DNA from: Octopus sinensis
Lineage: Eukaryota
Length of the DNA: 64,000 nucleotides
Assembly: GCF_006345805.1 (NCBI RefSeq)
Contig: NC_043010.1
Coordinates: 27,094,001-27,158,000, forward strand
Direction: 5' to 3'
Under the pieces are notes generated by a model. The model was not told where the DNA came from, did not search any database, and saw only the letters and a program-made list of their open reading frames with translations. Of the stretch, positions 1 through 12,960 are shown in pieces (within the stretch, counting starts at the first letter, position 1; every line of letters begins with the position of its first letter). Both the position numbers and the translations under genes were made by a program.

Positions 1-360
1 ATTAAATACTACAAAACGTACACATAGGACTGACACTAGCTAGAACTCTAATACGTCATCAGTTATCGACCTAAAAATGCTAACACCTAGTTTCATGCCT
101 TTAATGATAAGACTAGGAACTTCATATATCAGCAGTGCCTGCAAGATTTGCGGAGAATTAGGGCTTGAGTAAACAAAATAATAGAGGTTGGACATTTGAA
201 ACGATAAAGACAATAAATAAATATAGCCTTGGGGGACAAACACAAAAATGATGGATTAACACCTGGGTGAAATCCTCAAATGGATATAAAGAACAGAATT
301 AAGAAGAGAAAAGAGGTTGACCAGCATGCTAGACATCCAATGGTAATATATATTATATAT

Positions 361-398
361 ATTAATATGTGTGTGTATGTATATATATATATATATAT

Positions 399-496
<98 letters not shown>

Positions 497-505
497 TATA
501 TATAT

Positions 506-552
<47 letters not shown>

Positions 553-556
553 AATA
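361..556. repeat. Compound (TA)n/(CA)n microsatellite, representative of dozens in the window
   Basis: Direct reading; similar tracts at 17040-17800, 19920-20040, 24545-24905, 27290-27580, 33320-33540, 43140-43660, 44220-44600 and elsewhere. Confidence 0.97.
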
Positions 557-740
557 GGCAAAGTGGCAGGGTTCCTTTTGAGTATTGGGCCTCAGAGAGG
601 CAATGACTGAGACCTTTTGGCATTACGTCATGCTTAAGATGAAGACCCATCAAGCCAAGCAAAATCACAGTCATGGTAGATACTGGTGTCATGCAAATTG
701 GCACCCATGCCAGTGGCACATAAATGCACCCCAGTGTCAT

Positions 741-2766
741 GCCATTATGAAAGACTGCTGAACATGGAGAATGACTGGGAAGAGGAGAGCCTGCCAAATG
801 TTGATCCAATTGAGGGACCAGCTATCTGAATTGACAATACCTTGGTAGATAAAGCAATTAAGGATATGAAGAGGAGGAAAGCCCCCGGCCCTTCATGAAT
901 CACCACTGAGATGTTTAAAATATCTGGCAGTGTGGGTTATGATCTAGTCACCCGTATTGTGAATCAGGTGGTTCACAAAGGAGTTATACCCAATGACTGG
1001 TGTAGCTGCACCATAGTCACCTGCTACAAAGGTAAAGGTGATACCTTAGAAATAATTGCAGAGGTATCAAATTGTTGGCTCAGGGGATGAAAGTTACGGA
1101 GAGAATCATAATCCAACTAATTATGGAGAGAGTTAATCTAGATGAGATGTAGTTTGGGTTTGTGCCTGGGAGCAGCACCACTGATGCTATATTTCTGGTA
1201 AGGCAACTGCAGGAGAAATATCTTGCCAAAAATAAACCAACCTCTGTACTTGGCTTTTGTTGACTTGGAGAAAGCTTTTGACAGGGTTCCCAGATCCCTT
1301 ATCTGGTGGTCAATGCAGAAACTAGGGATAAATGAGTGGTTGGTGAGAGCTGTACAAGCCTTGTACAGGGACACTACCAATAAGGTGAGGGTTAGCAACG
1401 AGTACAGTGAAGAATTCAGGGTACAAATAGGGGTTTGCCAAGAATTGGTCTTGTTCATCATAGTCCTCCAGAGGAATTTAAGACAGGCTGTCAGAATTAG
1501 AGAAGTTCCAGGTATGGAAGCAAGGTCTAGAATCAAAGGGCCTTAGAGTTAACCTGGCAAAAGCTTAAGTCTTAGTAAGTAGGAAGGCAAACAAACTACA
1601 AATCCTTTCAGGTAGACAGTTCTGCTTGATCTACAGAAAAGGCACAGGTAGAAACTTCATAAGATGCACCCAGTGTAAGCTTTGGACACACAAAAAGTGC
1701 AGCAATATCAGAGGAAGGTTAATAGGGAAAATAACTTTTGTTTGTGGAAGATGCACAGGTACAATAAACACCAAAAATGTACAGAAAATAGACTCCATCA
1801 ACTGCCAGGTGTGTAAGCTAGAAGTAGTAGATAGCTTTTGTTATCTAGGTGACCAAGTTAGTAGTGGAGATGGATGCTCTGAGAGCATAGCTGTGAGAAT
1901 AAGATTAGGCTGGGCAAAGTTCAGAGAGCTCCTACCTCTGCTGGCAACAAAGGATCTTTCCCTCAGAGTGAAAGGCAGATTGTATGATGCCTGTATGCGA
2001 ACAACTAAGCCAGTATGTTTTGATGGATGTGCAATGTCAATGTACATGTTCGACAGAGTGTAAGCATCTTGAGAGAAAAGTTAGGCATAAGAGGCATCAG
2101 ATATGGTGTGCAAGAGAGACGACTGTGCTGGTATGGTTATGTGATGTATATAGGTGAGGACAGCTGTGTAAAAAAGTGCTAATCTCTAAATATGGAAAGA
2201 ACCTGTGGTAGAGGTAAACCCAGGAAGACATGGGATGAGGTGGTGAAGCATGATCTTCAAACTTAGACCTCATGGAAGCAATGACTAGTGACCAAGACCT
2301 TTAGTAATATGCTATGCTTGAAAAGAGCCATCAAGCCAAGTGAAATTGTACTTGTGGCTGATGCTGGTGTCACATAACTGGCACCCATGCTGGTCGCATA
2401 TAAAAAGTACCTCTCAAGCATTGGGTCTCACAGAGGCAAAGTGGCTGAGTTCCTTTCAAGTGTTGGGCTTCATGGAGACAATGACCATGACCGAGACCTT
2501 TGGCATTATGTCGTGCTTGAGAAGAAGACCTACCAAGCCGTGCAAAACTGCAGTCATGACAGATACCAGTGTCATGCAAATGGCACCCGTGCCACTGACA
2601 CATAAAAGCACCTTTTACACTCTTGGAGTGGTTGGCATTAGGAAGGACATCCAGCTGAAGAAACCATGGCAAATCAGATGGGAGTCTAGTACAGTCTTCC
2701 AGCTTGCCAGCCCCGGTCAAACTGTCCAACCCATGCCAGCATGGATTGCAGATGTTAAATAATGAT
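741..2766 (+). mobile_element. 5'-truncated RTE-clade LINE (degenerate RT, 3' UTR)
   Basis: Fragmented RT (KAPGPS, AFVDLEKAFDRVPR), Cys-rich CTQCKLW segment, SFCYLGD; many stops and frameshifts; same family as 5669-8647. Confidence 0.9.
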
Positions 2767-3172
2767 TTAACACCCACTTTTTCTATGCTTGCATAGGTCA
2801 GATAGAATTTGTTGATGCCCTGTCAGTCTCCAAAACTTACTTTTCTTCAAGCAAAGTAATATTTTCCTATAACTAGACGTGATTTTCAAAGAAAACTTGA
2901 TCTAAACAATCTCACTTGTAATAACGATGAGATTTGTTTATAACTATCATGTTGTGTCTAGACAAATATACACACAAACGCACACGCACGCACATATCTG
3001 CATATACATGTGTATACATTCAAATACATATGTCCATAGACATACATATATACACACACATATATATGTGAATGTATGTGCATTTGTGTTCATAACATTT
3101 ACTTTCAGTGTATGCACCAATTTGTATTATCGTTTGTCTTTCTCTCTTAAAATAAATAATCATTTTCTTTTA

Positions 3173-3530
3173 TTCTTTTACTTGTTTCAGTCATTTGACT
3201 GTAGCCATGTTGGAGCCCTGCCTTTAGTCAAACAAATCAACCCCAAGACTTATTCTTTGTAAGCCTTGTACTTATTGTAGTGGTCTCTTTTGCCGAACCA
3301 CTAAGTTATGAGGACATAAACACACCAACATTGGCTGTTAAGCAATGATGGGGGGACAAACACAGACACACAAACATATACATATATATATATATACACG
3401 TCAGGCTTCTCTCAGTTTCCATCTACCAAATCCACTTACAAAGCTATAGTAGAAGACACTTGCCCATGGTGAACCAGGGACCATGTGTTTGGTAAGCAAG
3501 CTACTTACCACACAACCACTCTTGTACCTC
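3173..3530 (-). mobile_element. tRNA-derived SINE, family A (degenerate)
   Basis: Reverse complement of the head TGGCTGTGTGG...GGTTCAGTCCC / CCTTGGGCAAGTGTCTT family seen intact at 48768. Confidence 0.8.
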
Positions 3531-3627
3531 TGTGTGTGTGTATATATGTATGTGTGTGTATATATATATATATATAGATATATATGGGACTAAACCTCAG
3601 ATCATGTGGTTTGTAAGCAAGCTACTT

Positions 3628-5633
3628 TATTTCATAAATATTTGCCATGAAGGCATTACAAAGAGGGGACGAACAAGAACAGACAAACATAAAAGGGTGA
3701 AGTAGCTGTAGAGATTAAATATTTACAATTTAAAATTTACAATAATTTAATAAATATGTTTATAGCTTTTGACTTAAGTGTTGCTCATTACAAATGAAAT
3801 TTGTAATGGCTTCTCTGAAGGATAGGCATCCGACCATCAGGGTAGACCCCTTGCTTTTTCTTTCCTGTTTTTGGCTTCCACTTACCTGGTGCCAAACATT
3901 TCCAGCTTCCTCGCCACAGGCTTCCATCTTCTCATGAATCTGTCTCGTGACAGGTACCTTTTCTCCAGCCTGATCTTATTACTGAGGTGGTAACTAAAAA
4001 AGTTAACCAGCCCCTAGTCGGTTATAAAGGTACCCGACACTATGCCTCTCAGATGCGTCTTCCATACTGTTTCTTTCAGTATGGCTACTATGCAGAAAAA
4101 GCAAGCCTTCCTTTCCCTGTTAAGGGAAGGAGGTGGCACAATCTCGATGATAGATTCGGCTGATAGCTGTACTCTTCCCATCGATGACAACAGTTGCTCT
4201 GCGAAAACTATCAGTCCCATTAATTCCGGACACTCCACAAATGCGTACAAGACGGTTTCCCTGTCCTGTCCTCACCTCGGACATGTCGGCGAGACGGCAC
4301 TTCCGTGCCTTGACAGTTTATCACGAACAGGTAACGCCGCACGGAAGCACTGCCAAGCCAGAGATTTCTGGTAATTGTCCAGATACCCTGGCCTGAAAGT
4401 TCTCCGGAACAGGTTGATTAAATGATTTTCATCATAGTCCAGGGTCTCCCCCAAGGCGTCTTTAGACTTAACCTCCACTAACCCACAATAGAAATCCGTG
4501 GTGGAACTCTTGTTGCCGGCATTGCCCGCCCGAGGGAGTAGCTGAAGTGCCTGGCGGCACTCCAATTGCCAGTCCACCAGCCTAGGTCTCTGCTTGATCC
4601 AATTACCAATGTCCGTTAAGGACGTTAATTGCAGAAGGTAGAACCGAACGTGCGGTGACCACACCTGCTCGCCATCCAGGTAAAGCCAGAGGTATCTCAA
4701 CCTTAACGCGAATTTTCGCATCCTCAGCCAAGGCATCCCTAGCCCACCCTTTAGTGGTTCCTGGCAGCAGACAGAGTGCTTCACAAGTGGCTTTCCTCCC
4801 TTCCACAAAAAGTGGAAAAGGATTCTCTCCAACTTGTTCAGCCATAAATCAGGGCAAGGCACCACAGTCAGACAGTAAGTGATAACCGATGCTATAAACA
4901 TCTGCACCACCTCTGCCTTTCCTAGCAAGGATAATGCCCGCCCAGACCAGGTCTGGGTTAGAGCAGTCACCTTGCTGGCCACCTCACTCCAGTTTTTCTC
5001 TATCTGGAGGTCTGGCCCGAACCAGACTCCGAGCAGCTTAACAGGACCTTCCGTCCAATGCCCCACGTTATTAGACGGCATCGGCTTGCCGAGCTGCAAA
5101 CCAGTTGACTTGTCCTTGTTAACCTTTGCTCCTGCCACTGCCTCGTAGCTTTTGATAGCCTTTTCCACCACTGGAAGCTGGCTCTCATCCACCACGATGA
5201 TGGAGATATCATCCGCATACGCTGTAGCTCCTCTTCCACACCATAGATCATGTGGTGCACCCCCTAGTGCCTCCAACTTCCGCAATAATGACCCGAGAAC
5301 CAGTACATACAAAAGCGGGGACAGAGGGCACCCCTGACGCACTGAGCGCTCAATCCTGAATGGCTTTGAAAGGAAACCATTCACTTTTACGATGGACTTG
5401 ATGTCGCTTTACAATGCAGCAATCCAACCGCGGAAGGTCGGGCCCAGGCCAGCCTTCTCGGGGACCACCACCAAGTACCAATGGTCAACCCTATCGAATG
5501 CCTTAGACTGGGCTAAATGTACCAGTGCCCCCCCCCCCCTGCGCCAGAAAGCTTCCCCACCCTCTCTAAGGAGTAGCGTATAAGGTGGAGATTGTTGTGG
5601 ACAATCTCCACCTTATACGCTACTCCTTAGAGA
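3628..5633 (-). mobile_element. 5'-truncated Tx1/L1-clade non-LTR retrotransposon
   Basis: ORF 4272-5384 has RQGCPLSPLLY and YADD RT motifs and a downstream CPRC..ETV.YAFVEC zinc knuckle. Flanked by a 12-bp TSD agcaagctactt/agcatgctactt. Confidence 0.9.
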
Positions 5634-5668
5634 AGCATGCTACTTACCATACAGCCATTCTTGTACCT

Positions 5669-8647
5669 GTATGTCTGGCGAAGAATGTACCCCACAACAT
5701 AGAGTAGTAGCTAGTGACTTCAGGATAAGGGCTAAATGGATGCTCAGAAGACGACCAGCTAGGAGAAGAAGGGTCTGGAGACTTAAGGATCCTGCAAATG
5801 GACAGAGATTTGGAGACATATTACTCGAAGCCTTTGACAAAATAGAAGGGGATATAGCTTCACATGGTATAGAAGACAACTGGAGGTTCCTAAAGGAAAA
5901 CCTGCTAGATCTATGGATGGTTCAAAGTCCCCTCCCGACCCAAAATAACGTGGTGGTGGAACAATGTTGTTGACAGAGCTATTAGACGAAAGAAACAGGC
6001 TTGGAAGGACTGGAAGAACGGTGGTAGCAGGGAAGTGTATCATACTGCCAGAAGGGAAGCTAGGAGGCAGGTTTATTTAGCCAGAGAGGAAGCAGATAAG
6101 AAAAAATTTGCCAATGTTCTGCACCATGAGGATGAAAGACTTGAGGTATTTCGTGTTGCAAGACAGTGTGTGAGAGAGAATCGTGACGTGGTAGGAGAGA
6201 AATGTGTTCGCAAGGATGACGGTTCACTTGCGCTAAATGAGGATGCAAAGAGAGAGGTTTGGAGATGCCACTATGAAAGGTTGCTGAATAAGGAAAATGA
6301 ATGGGATAAAGAGAGTCTGCCAAATGTCGACCCAACAGAGGGACCAGCTATCCGAGTTGACAGTTCCTTGGTAGTTAAGGCAATTAGAAGCATGAAGACA
6401 GGGAAAGCCCCAGGCCCATCAGGAATCACTGCAGAGATGCTTAAAATATCTGGCAGTGTCGGCTATAGCCCAGTCACCCATATAGTTGACCAGGTGATGC
6501 ATGAAGGAGTCATACCCAATGACTGGTGTAGCAGCATAATTGTCAACTGCTACAAAGGTAAAGGTGACGCTTTAGATACAAATAATTACAGAGGTATCAA
6601 GCTGTTGGATCAGGTAATGAAGGTTACAGAGAGAGTCATAGCCCAACTGATTAGGGAGAGAGTCAGCTTGGATGAGATGCAGTTTGGTTTCGTGCCAAGG
6701 AAAGGCACCACTGATGCCATATTTCAGGTAAGACAGCTGCAGGAGAAATACCTAGCCAAAGATAAGCCCCTGTACCTGGCTTTCATTGACATGGAGAAAG
6801 CCTTTGACAGGGTCCCCCAATCCCTTGTCTAGTGGTCGATGAGGAAACTAGGGCTAGATGAATGGTTAGTGAGAGCTGTGCAGGCCATGTACAAGGATGC
6901 TGTAAGTAAGGTGAGGGTTGGCAACGAGTACACTAAAGAATTCAAGGTAGACGTAGGGGTCCACCAAGGTTCAGTCCTCAGCCCCCTCCTATTTATCATA
7001 GTCCTCCAGGCAATAACGGAGGAATTCAAGACAGGATGCCCCTGGGAGCTCCTCTATGCTGATGACCTTGCTCTAATTGCTGAGTCACTATTAGAACTAG
7101 AGGCGAAGTTTCAAGTGTAGAAACAAGGATTGGAACCCAAGGGCCTTAGAATCAACCTAGCTAAAACCAAAGTCCTAATATGTAGGAAGGCAGGCAAACC
7201 ACAAATCCCTTCAGGTAGATGGCCTTGCTCAATCTGTAGTAGAGGCGTAGGTAGAAACTCTATAAGATGTACCCAGTGTAAGCTATGGCCACATAAGAGG
7301 TGCAGTAATATCAAAGGGAGGCTAACTGGGAAGATAGTTTTTGTATGTGGCAGATGCTCAGGAGCTATAAACACTGAAAATGCGCAGAGACCAACTTCCG
7401 CCACATTCCAGGGAGAAAAGCTAGAAATATTTGATAGCTTCTGTTACCTAGGGGACCAAGTCAGTAGCGGAGGTGGGTGCGCTAAAAGTGTAGCTGCTAG
7501 AATAAGAATAGCTTGGGCAAAGTTCAGAGAGCTCTTACCTCTGCTGGTGACAAAGGGCCTCTCGCTCAGAGTAAAGGTAGACTGTATGATGCTTGTGTAC
7601 GAACAGCCATGCTACATGGCAGTGAAACATGGACTGTGACTGCTGAGGACATGCGTAAGCTCACAAGAAATGAAGGCAGTATGATCTGATGGATGTGTAA
7701 TGTCAGTGTTCATACTCGACAGAGTGTAAGTACCTTGAGAGAAAAGCTGGACCTTAGAAGCATCAGATGTGGTGTGCAAGAGAGACGACTGCGCTGATAT
7801 GGTCATGTGGTAAGAATGGATGAGGACAGCTGTGTGAAAAAGTGGTTGAGGGAACCTGTGGAAGAGGCAGACCCAGGAAGACTTAGGATGAAATGGTGAA
7901 GCACGACCTTCGAACTTTAGGCCTCACCAAAGAAATGACTAGAGACCGAGACCTTTGGAAATATGCTGTGCTTGAGAAGACTCAGCAAGCCAAATGAGAG
8001 CATAACCTTGTGGCCTATGCCAGGGGTGTAACAAGCCCACTTATGCATACCTTTTCCTTCTTTGGACACTAAAACTCTGCTTGCGAAGACCTGTTGAGGC
8101 AAGTGAAATCAATCAAAATCAAATTTGATGACTGGCGTCCATGCTAGCAGGGTGCAAAGAGTGAGATCGTTGACAGAGCGGCTAACCGGCTTCCGTGCCA
8201 GTGGCACTTAAAGGGCACCATTCGAGCGTGATCATTACCAGCATCGCCTTACTGGCACTTGTGCCCGTGCTAGTAGGGTGCCAAGAGCACCATCCAAGCC
8301 TGATCATTGCCAGAGCAGCCTACTAGCTTCCGTGCCAGTGGCACGTAAAAGGGCACCATTTGAGCGTGATTGTTACCAAAATCACCTTACTGGAACCTGT
8401 GCTAGTGGCATGTGTAAAAGGATTCAAGCGAGGTCGTTGCCAGTACCGCCTGACTGGCCCCTGTGCTGGTGGCACGTAAAAAGCACCCACTACACTCTCA
8501 GAGTGGTTGGCGTTAGGAAGGGCATTCAGCTGTAGAAACTCTGCCAAATCGAGATTGGAGCCTGGTGCAGCCATCTGGTTTGCCAGCCCTCAGTCAAAAT
8601 CGTCCCACCCATGCTAGCATGGAAAGCGGACGTTAAACGATGATGAT
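5669..8647 (+). mobile_element. RTE-clade LINE, long 5'-truncated copy
   Basis: Endonuclease tail (QHRVVASDF), RT (6035-7120: KAFDRVP, HQGSVLSPLLF, YADD), C-terminal RGRPRKT, repetitive 3' UTR and (GAT)n tail; several stops. Confidence 0.95.
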
Positions 8648-8721
8648 ATATATATGTGGGACTGAACCTGGGCTCATATGGTTGGTAAGCAAGCTACTTA
8701 CCACACAGCTACTCTTGCACC

Positions 8722-8775
<54 letters not shown>

Positions 8776-9869
8776 GGACTGAACCTGGGCTCATATGGTT
8801 GGTAAACAAGCTGCTTACCACACAGCCACTCCTGCACCTACAAGTATATTATATTAAGAAAAAAACTCTTATATACTACATTATTATTTTGTTTTAATGT
8901 TTATTTTGGTTTTTGTTACTTTTGTCTGGATTTTATTGGTTCTGCTGTGGCTTGGTTTTCAATCTATGACCCTTTCTAATAAAACAACTACTTTTTAAAC
9001 AATTTGTCTTGATGTGGGTTTTTTGTTGGTTTTTGTTAGTTTTTTTTTTTTGTGTGATAATGACAAAATAGATTCTGTAACAAAAATAGCAATTTTTAAA
9101 AAAATAAAATAAATAATTTGGAAAATGATTAAAAAAAAATAGAAATTAGAAGAAAATATGTATTTAAAAAATATATAATTAGAAAATGTTTGTATAAGTG
9201 TAGAAAGAAAATACCAAACGTTGGAAAATCTTGTTATTTTAATGAAGAACAGACTAGAAGCAGCAGCAACAGATTGCTTCAAAGAGAGGATGTTTAGTTA
9301 GTATTGGGTAAAAGCCAATGAACGGCTTGCATAACTTTGCATATATCTTTGGAGTAGTGTAGTCCTCCTCCTCCTCTTTCTCTAAGAAATTGGAATAAAC
9401 AACTTTACACTGTCTTCTTCCTCCCCCACCCACCATTTTTTTTTCTTTTTTCACAGATTCTAACTCTTCTAAGAAGTTCTTGTTTCTTTACATTTCACAA
9501 GACCAAACTCTTTATGCTCTGACTGTGTAAAGAAAAATAAAGAAAGAATAAGGAAAGTTATGAAATAGGATTCTGGTGTAAATTTACTACTTAACAAAAT
9601 AATGCCTACCCAAATTCCTCACTCGGCGCAGATGTTGGTAATTCAACTTTTGATATAGGTTTCCTCTAAATTCTTGCTACCTTACAATTAGCAATTTTCT
9701 TCTTTTTTTTTGCTTTGCTTTTTAAGGTTTTCGGAGAAGAAGCCAAACCTTTGCATAATGTCCTTCTATATTGAAGAAGTTAATGTTTTATAGGTTGATG
9801 GCTACCAGAAGAATATCTTTTGGGAAAGAATTTTAGGGCAATTGTTCAAAAGCAGAAAGATAATAATTC

Positions 9870-10120
9870 ATCATCATCATCATCATCATCATTGTTTAAT
9901 GTCCATTTTCCATGCTGGCATGGATTGGACAGTTCGACTGGGGTCTGGGAAGCCAGGAGGCTGCACCAGGCTCCAGTCTGATCTGACAGTGTTTCTACAG
10001 CTGGATGCCCTTCCTAATGCCAACCACTCCAAGAGTGTAGTGGGTGCTTTTTTACGTGCCACCGGCACAGGTGCCAGAGGGGGCTGGCAACGACCATGAT
10101 CAGATGGTGCTCTTTACGTG
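9870..10120 (-). mobile_element. RTE 3'-end-only fragment
   Basis: Reverse complement of the RTE 3' UTR (GGAAGGGCATCCAGCTGTAGAAAC...CCATGCCAGCATGGAAAA) with (GAT)n tail. Confidence 0.8.
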
Positions 10121-10149
10121 CTTTTATAAAGATAAGAATCCTTTTTAAT

Positions 10150-10690
10150 AAAGATATTAGGCCTGAAACTTTTTGAGGGGAAGGGCTAGTTAATTATATC
10201 AACCCCAGTGCTTAACAATAATAATAGTAATAATAATAACAATAATAATAATGGTTTCAAATTTTTCCACAAGGTCAGCAATTTTGCAGGATGAAATGAG
10301 TCGATTATATCGACCCCATTGTATCACTGGTACTTAATTTATCAAGGATGAAAGGCAAAGTCAACTTTGGTGGAACTTGAACTCAGAATGTAGCTGTAGA
10401 CGAAATACTGCTAAGCATTTCACCTGACATGCTAACGATTCTGCCGGCTTGCTGCCTTAGATGATAATAATGATAGTAATGGTTTCAAGTTTTGGCACAA
10501 GGCCAGCAATTTCAGAAGAGGGGTTAGCCTGTTACATCTACCCCAGTACTTGACTGGTACTTATTTTGTTGAGTCCAAAAGGATGAAAAGCAAAGTTGAC
10601 CTCAATGGGATTTGAACTCAGAGCATAGCGATGGGCAAAATACTGCTAAGCATTTCATCCAGCATGCTAATGATTCTGCCAGCCACCTCA
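10150..10690 (-). mobile_element. Tandem head-to-tail copies of SINE family B with (AAT)n tails
   Basis: Repeated GGATGAAAGGCAAAGTCGAC...GAACTCAGAA motif, same family as 52520-52748; CpG-decayed. Confidence 0.8.
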
Positions 10691-10744
10691 AGGAGAATAA
10701 TGATAATGAGCTTATTGTATATGATGCACAAATGTACTACAACT

Positions 10745-11085
10745 GTAGAGGTGCAATGGCCCAGTGGTTAGGGCAGCAGATTCATGGTCATAGGATTGCA
10801 GTTTCAATTTCCAGGCCAGACATTGTGAGTGTTTATTGAGCGAAAACACCTAAAGCTCCACAAGGCTCCAGCAGGGGATGGTGGCGAAACCTGCTGTGCT
10901 CTTTCACCACAACTTTCTCTCTTTGTTCCTATTATTGCTGTACCTGTATTTCATGCTAAATTTCCCCGAGAACTACATTAGGGGTACATATGTCTGTGGA
11001 GTGCTCAGCCATTTGCATGTTAATTTCATGAGCAGGCTGTTCCATTGATCAGATCAATTGGAACCCTCATCATCATCGACTACAA
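10745..11085 (+). mobile_element. tRNA-derived SINE, family C (CpG-decayed copy)
   Basis: Collinear with 49527-49850; A box TGGCCCAGTGG; most CpGs converted to CpA/TpG. Confidence 0.85.
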
Positions 11086-11099
11086 CTCATGAGAATGAT

Positions 11100-11700
11100 G
11101 AAAGCCAACAGTACAAAACATAAAGCACAACAAGACATCATAAAAAGTGAATTGTAAAAAAGCCATAAAAACAAGGAATTGGTGCATCAGGAGTATTGGT
11201 GAATTTTGGGAAGCATGGAATTTTTTAAGGCTGCAAGTCTCCTGACAGCTTAGAATTGAAATAGATTGTTTATTCCATGCCTTGACAACACTAAGCATGA
11301 AAAATGTTTCCAAAAGTCATTTTGGGGCTGCACTGGGATAATTGGGTAAAAGAATTTAATGCTGAGGGTTGAGATATTCATTTTAAAGGGTGGTAAGAAG
11401 ATGAAAAATAGGTAAGGCATGATAGGCATGGATGGAGGAGATATGCAGCAAGCTAGAGCAGAGGCTGCAAAACAGTGATTATAGAAACAGTGTGGCTAAG
11501 AGTGATATATGAGTGAGCAAAGGTTTTCCAGTTAGTGGACTGATCTTCCTTTGGATGCAATCTGCAATGTTTGTGTGCATAGCAGAAGCACTATCATCAC
11601 ATACAGCTGAGTAAAACTCAAATATGAGTCATACTCGAGTTTTGTAGAGAGCCATCAACTGATTATGACTAATTTTCTAGTTCTGTAGCAGACACCCATT
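11100..11700 (-). mobile_element. Highly degenerate CR1/L2-group LINE 3' fragment
   Basis: Minus-strand remnants such as YNHCFAASAL..ISPP resemble the C-terminal RT region; weak. Confidence 0.35.
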
Positions 11701-12178
11701 TTAGTCTTTGAAATAGTTTTCACAGTGTTACTTATTCATCAGGAAATGTGTGATAAGAAAAGTTACATGAAATTTTATTTATGCTAAAGAGCTGCTTGTT
11801 TTCTTTTATGTTCAAGAACTTTTTTGGTTTTGTTTCTACAGCACAATGCCCTTCCTAATGCCAAACATTTTACAGAGTGGGTGCCTTTTCTGTGGCACCT
11901 GCACCAGTGTTTTTTACATGGAACCAGTGATTTTCATGTGACACCAACACCAGTGACTTTTATGTGGCACAAGCATCAACACCAAAGTTTTTTATATGGT
12001 GCCTTGGCTTTATGATATCAATTCTGTTGTGGTGGGCAGGCTTTCCTGAGTACCGCAGTGCACCTAATATCTTTCTCCCCCATCATCTCCTTCGTAAGGT
12101 TCAGCATTTTGAGATCGGTCATCAGTACTTCTTCCCATGTCTTCCTGGTTTCCCTCTTCCATTATGGTGTTATATATA

Positions 12179-12960
12179 CGAGGGGCATTCAATAAGTAAT
12201 GCCCCTGACCCACTTTCCATAGCAGTAGAGCAAGGAAACCTGGCACAGTTATTAGTCTTTTTCTACATAGGAACTATCCAGAGTTACACATTTGTCCCAT
12301 CGTTTGATGCAGCTCTGGAGACCATTTTTGTAGAAGACCCCAGCTTGGTCCTCCAACCACGACGTGACTTCAGAAATCAAGGCTGCATCATCTGGGAAAC
12401 GCTTTCCTTTCAAAAACAACTTCATGGCTGGGAAGAGGTGAACATCAGAGGGTGCAAGGTCAAGATGGGGGTGGAGTTCATAGCCGCACGCCTGTGCTTC
12501 TGATCTGGCGACAAGCGAGTTGTGGACTGGAGCGTTGTCCTGCAGGAGGAGGAGGCCTTTGCTGATCTTGCCCCGCCTCTTGATTTTGATAGCTTCTTTT
12601 AAATTCCTCAAAAGTGAAGCATAATAGGCTCCTGTAATTGTGGTACCCTTTGCCAGGAAATCTGTCATCACTACTCCGTCCTGGTCCCAGAAGACTGTGA
12701 GCATGACCTTGCCAGTGGAGGGCTGCACCCTTACCTTCTTTGGAGGAGGTGAGTCACGGTGCTTCCACTGCATTGACTGGGCTTTGGTCTCTGGATCATA
12801 GTGATGGACCCAGGTTTCATCCTGTGTAATCAGTCTTTCGAAAAATTTTGACTCATCTTCTTGGCACATCTCCAAATTCATCTTCGAGCATTCGACGCGT
12901 TCTTGCTTCTGGAAAGGTGTGAGCAACCTGGGAATCTATCTTGCAGACACATTTTGCATG
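12179..12960 (-). mobile_element. Mariner (DD34D) 3' half with right TIR
   Basis: ORF 12252-12926 has ITQDETWVHHYDPETK and QDNAP motifs; TA|CGAGGGGCATTCAATAAGTAATGCCCCTGACC TIR; same family as 57507-58799. Confidence 0.93.

Noticed and set aside
1-135. CTGATGA and GAAACTAG motifs on the minus strand
   Set aside because: Order and pairing do not give a hammerhead (stem II is followed by TTTT and there is no stem I).
8995-9282. Hydrophobic AT-rich ORF suggesting a NUMT
   Set aside because: No recognisable mitochondrial gene motif; explained by T-rich composition.
10745-11085. Excess CG>CA over CG>TG suggesting strand-biased deamination
   Set aside because: The neighbouring SINE at about 10300 shows no such bias; the sample is too small.
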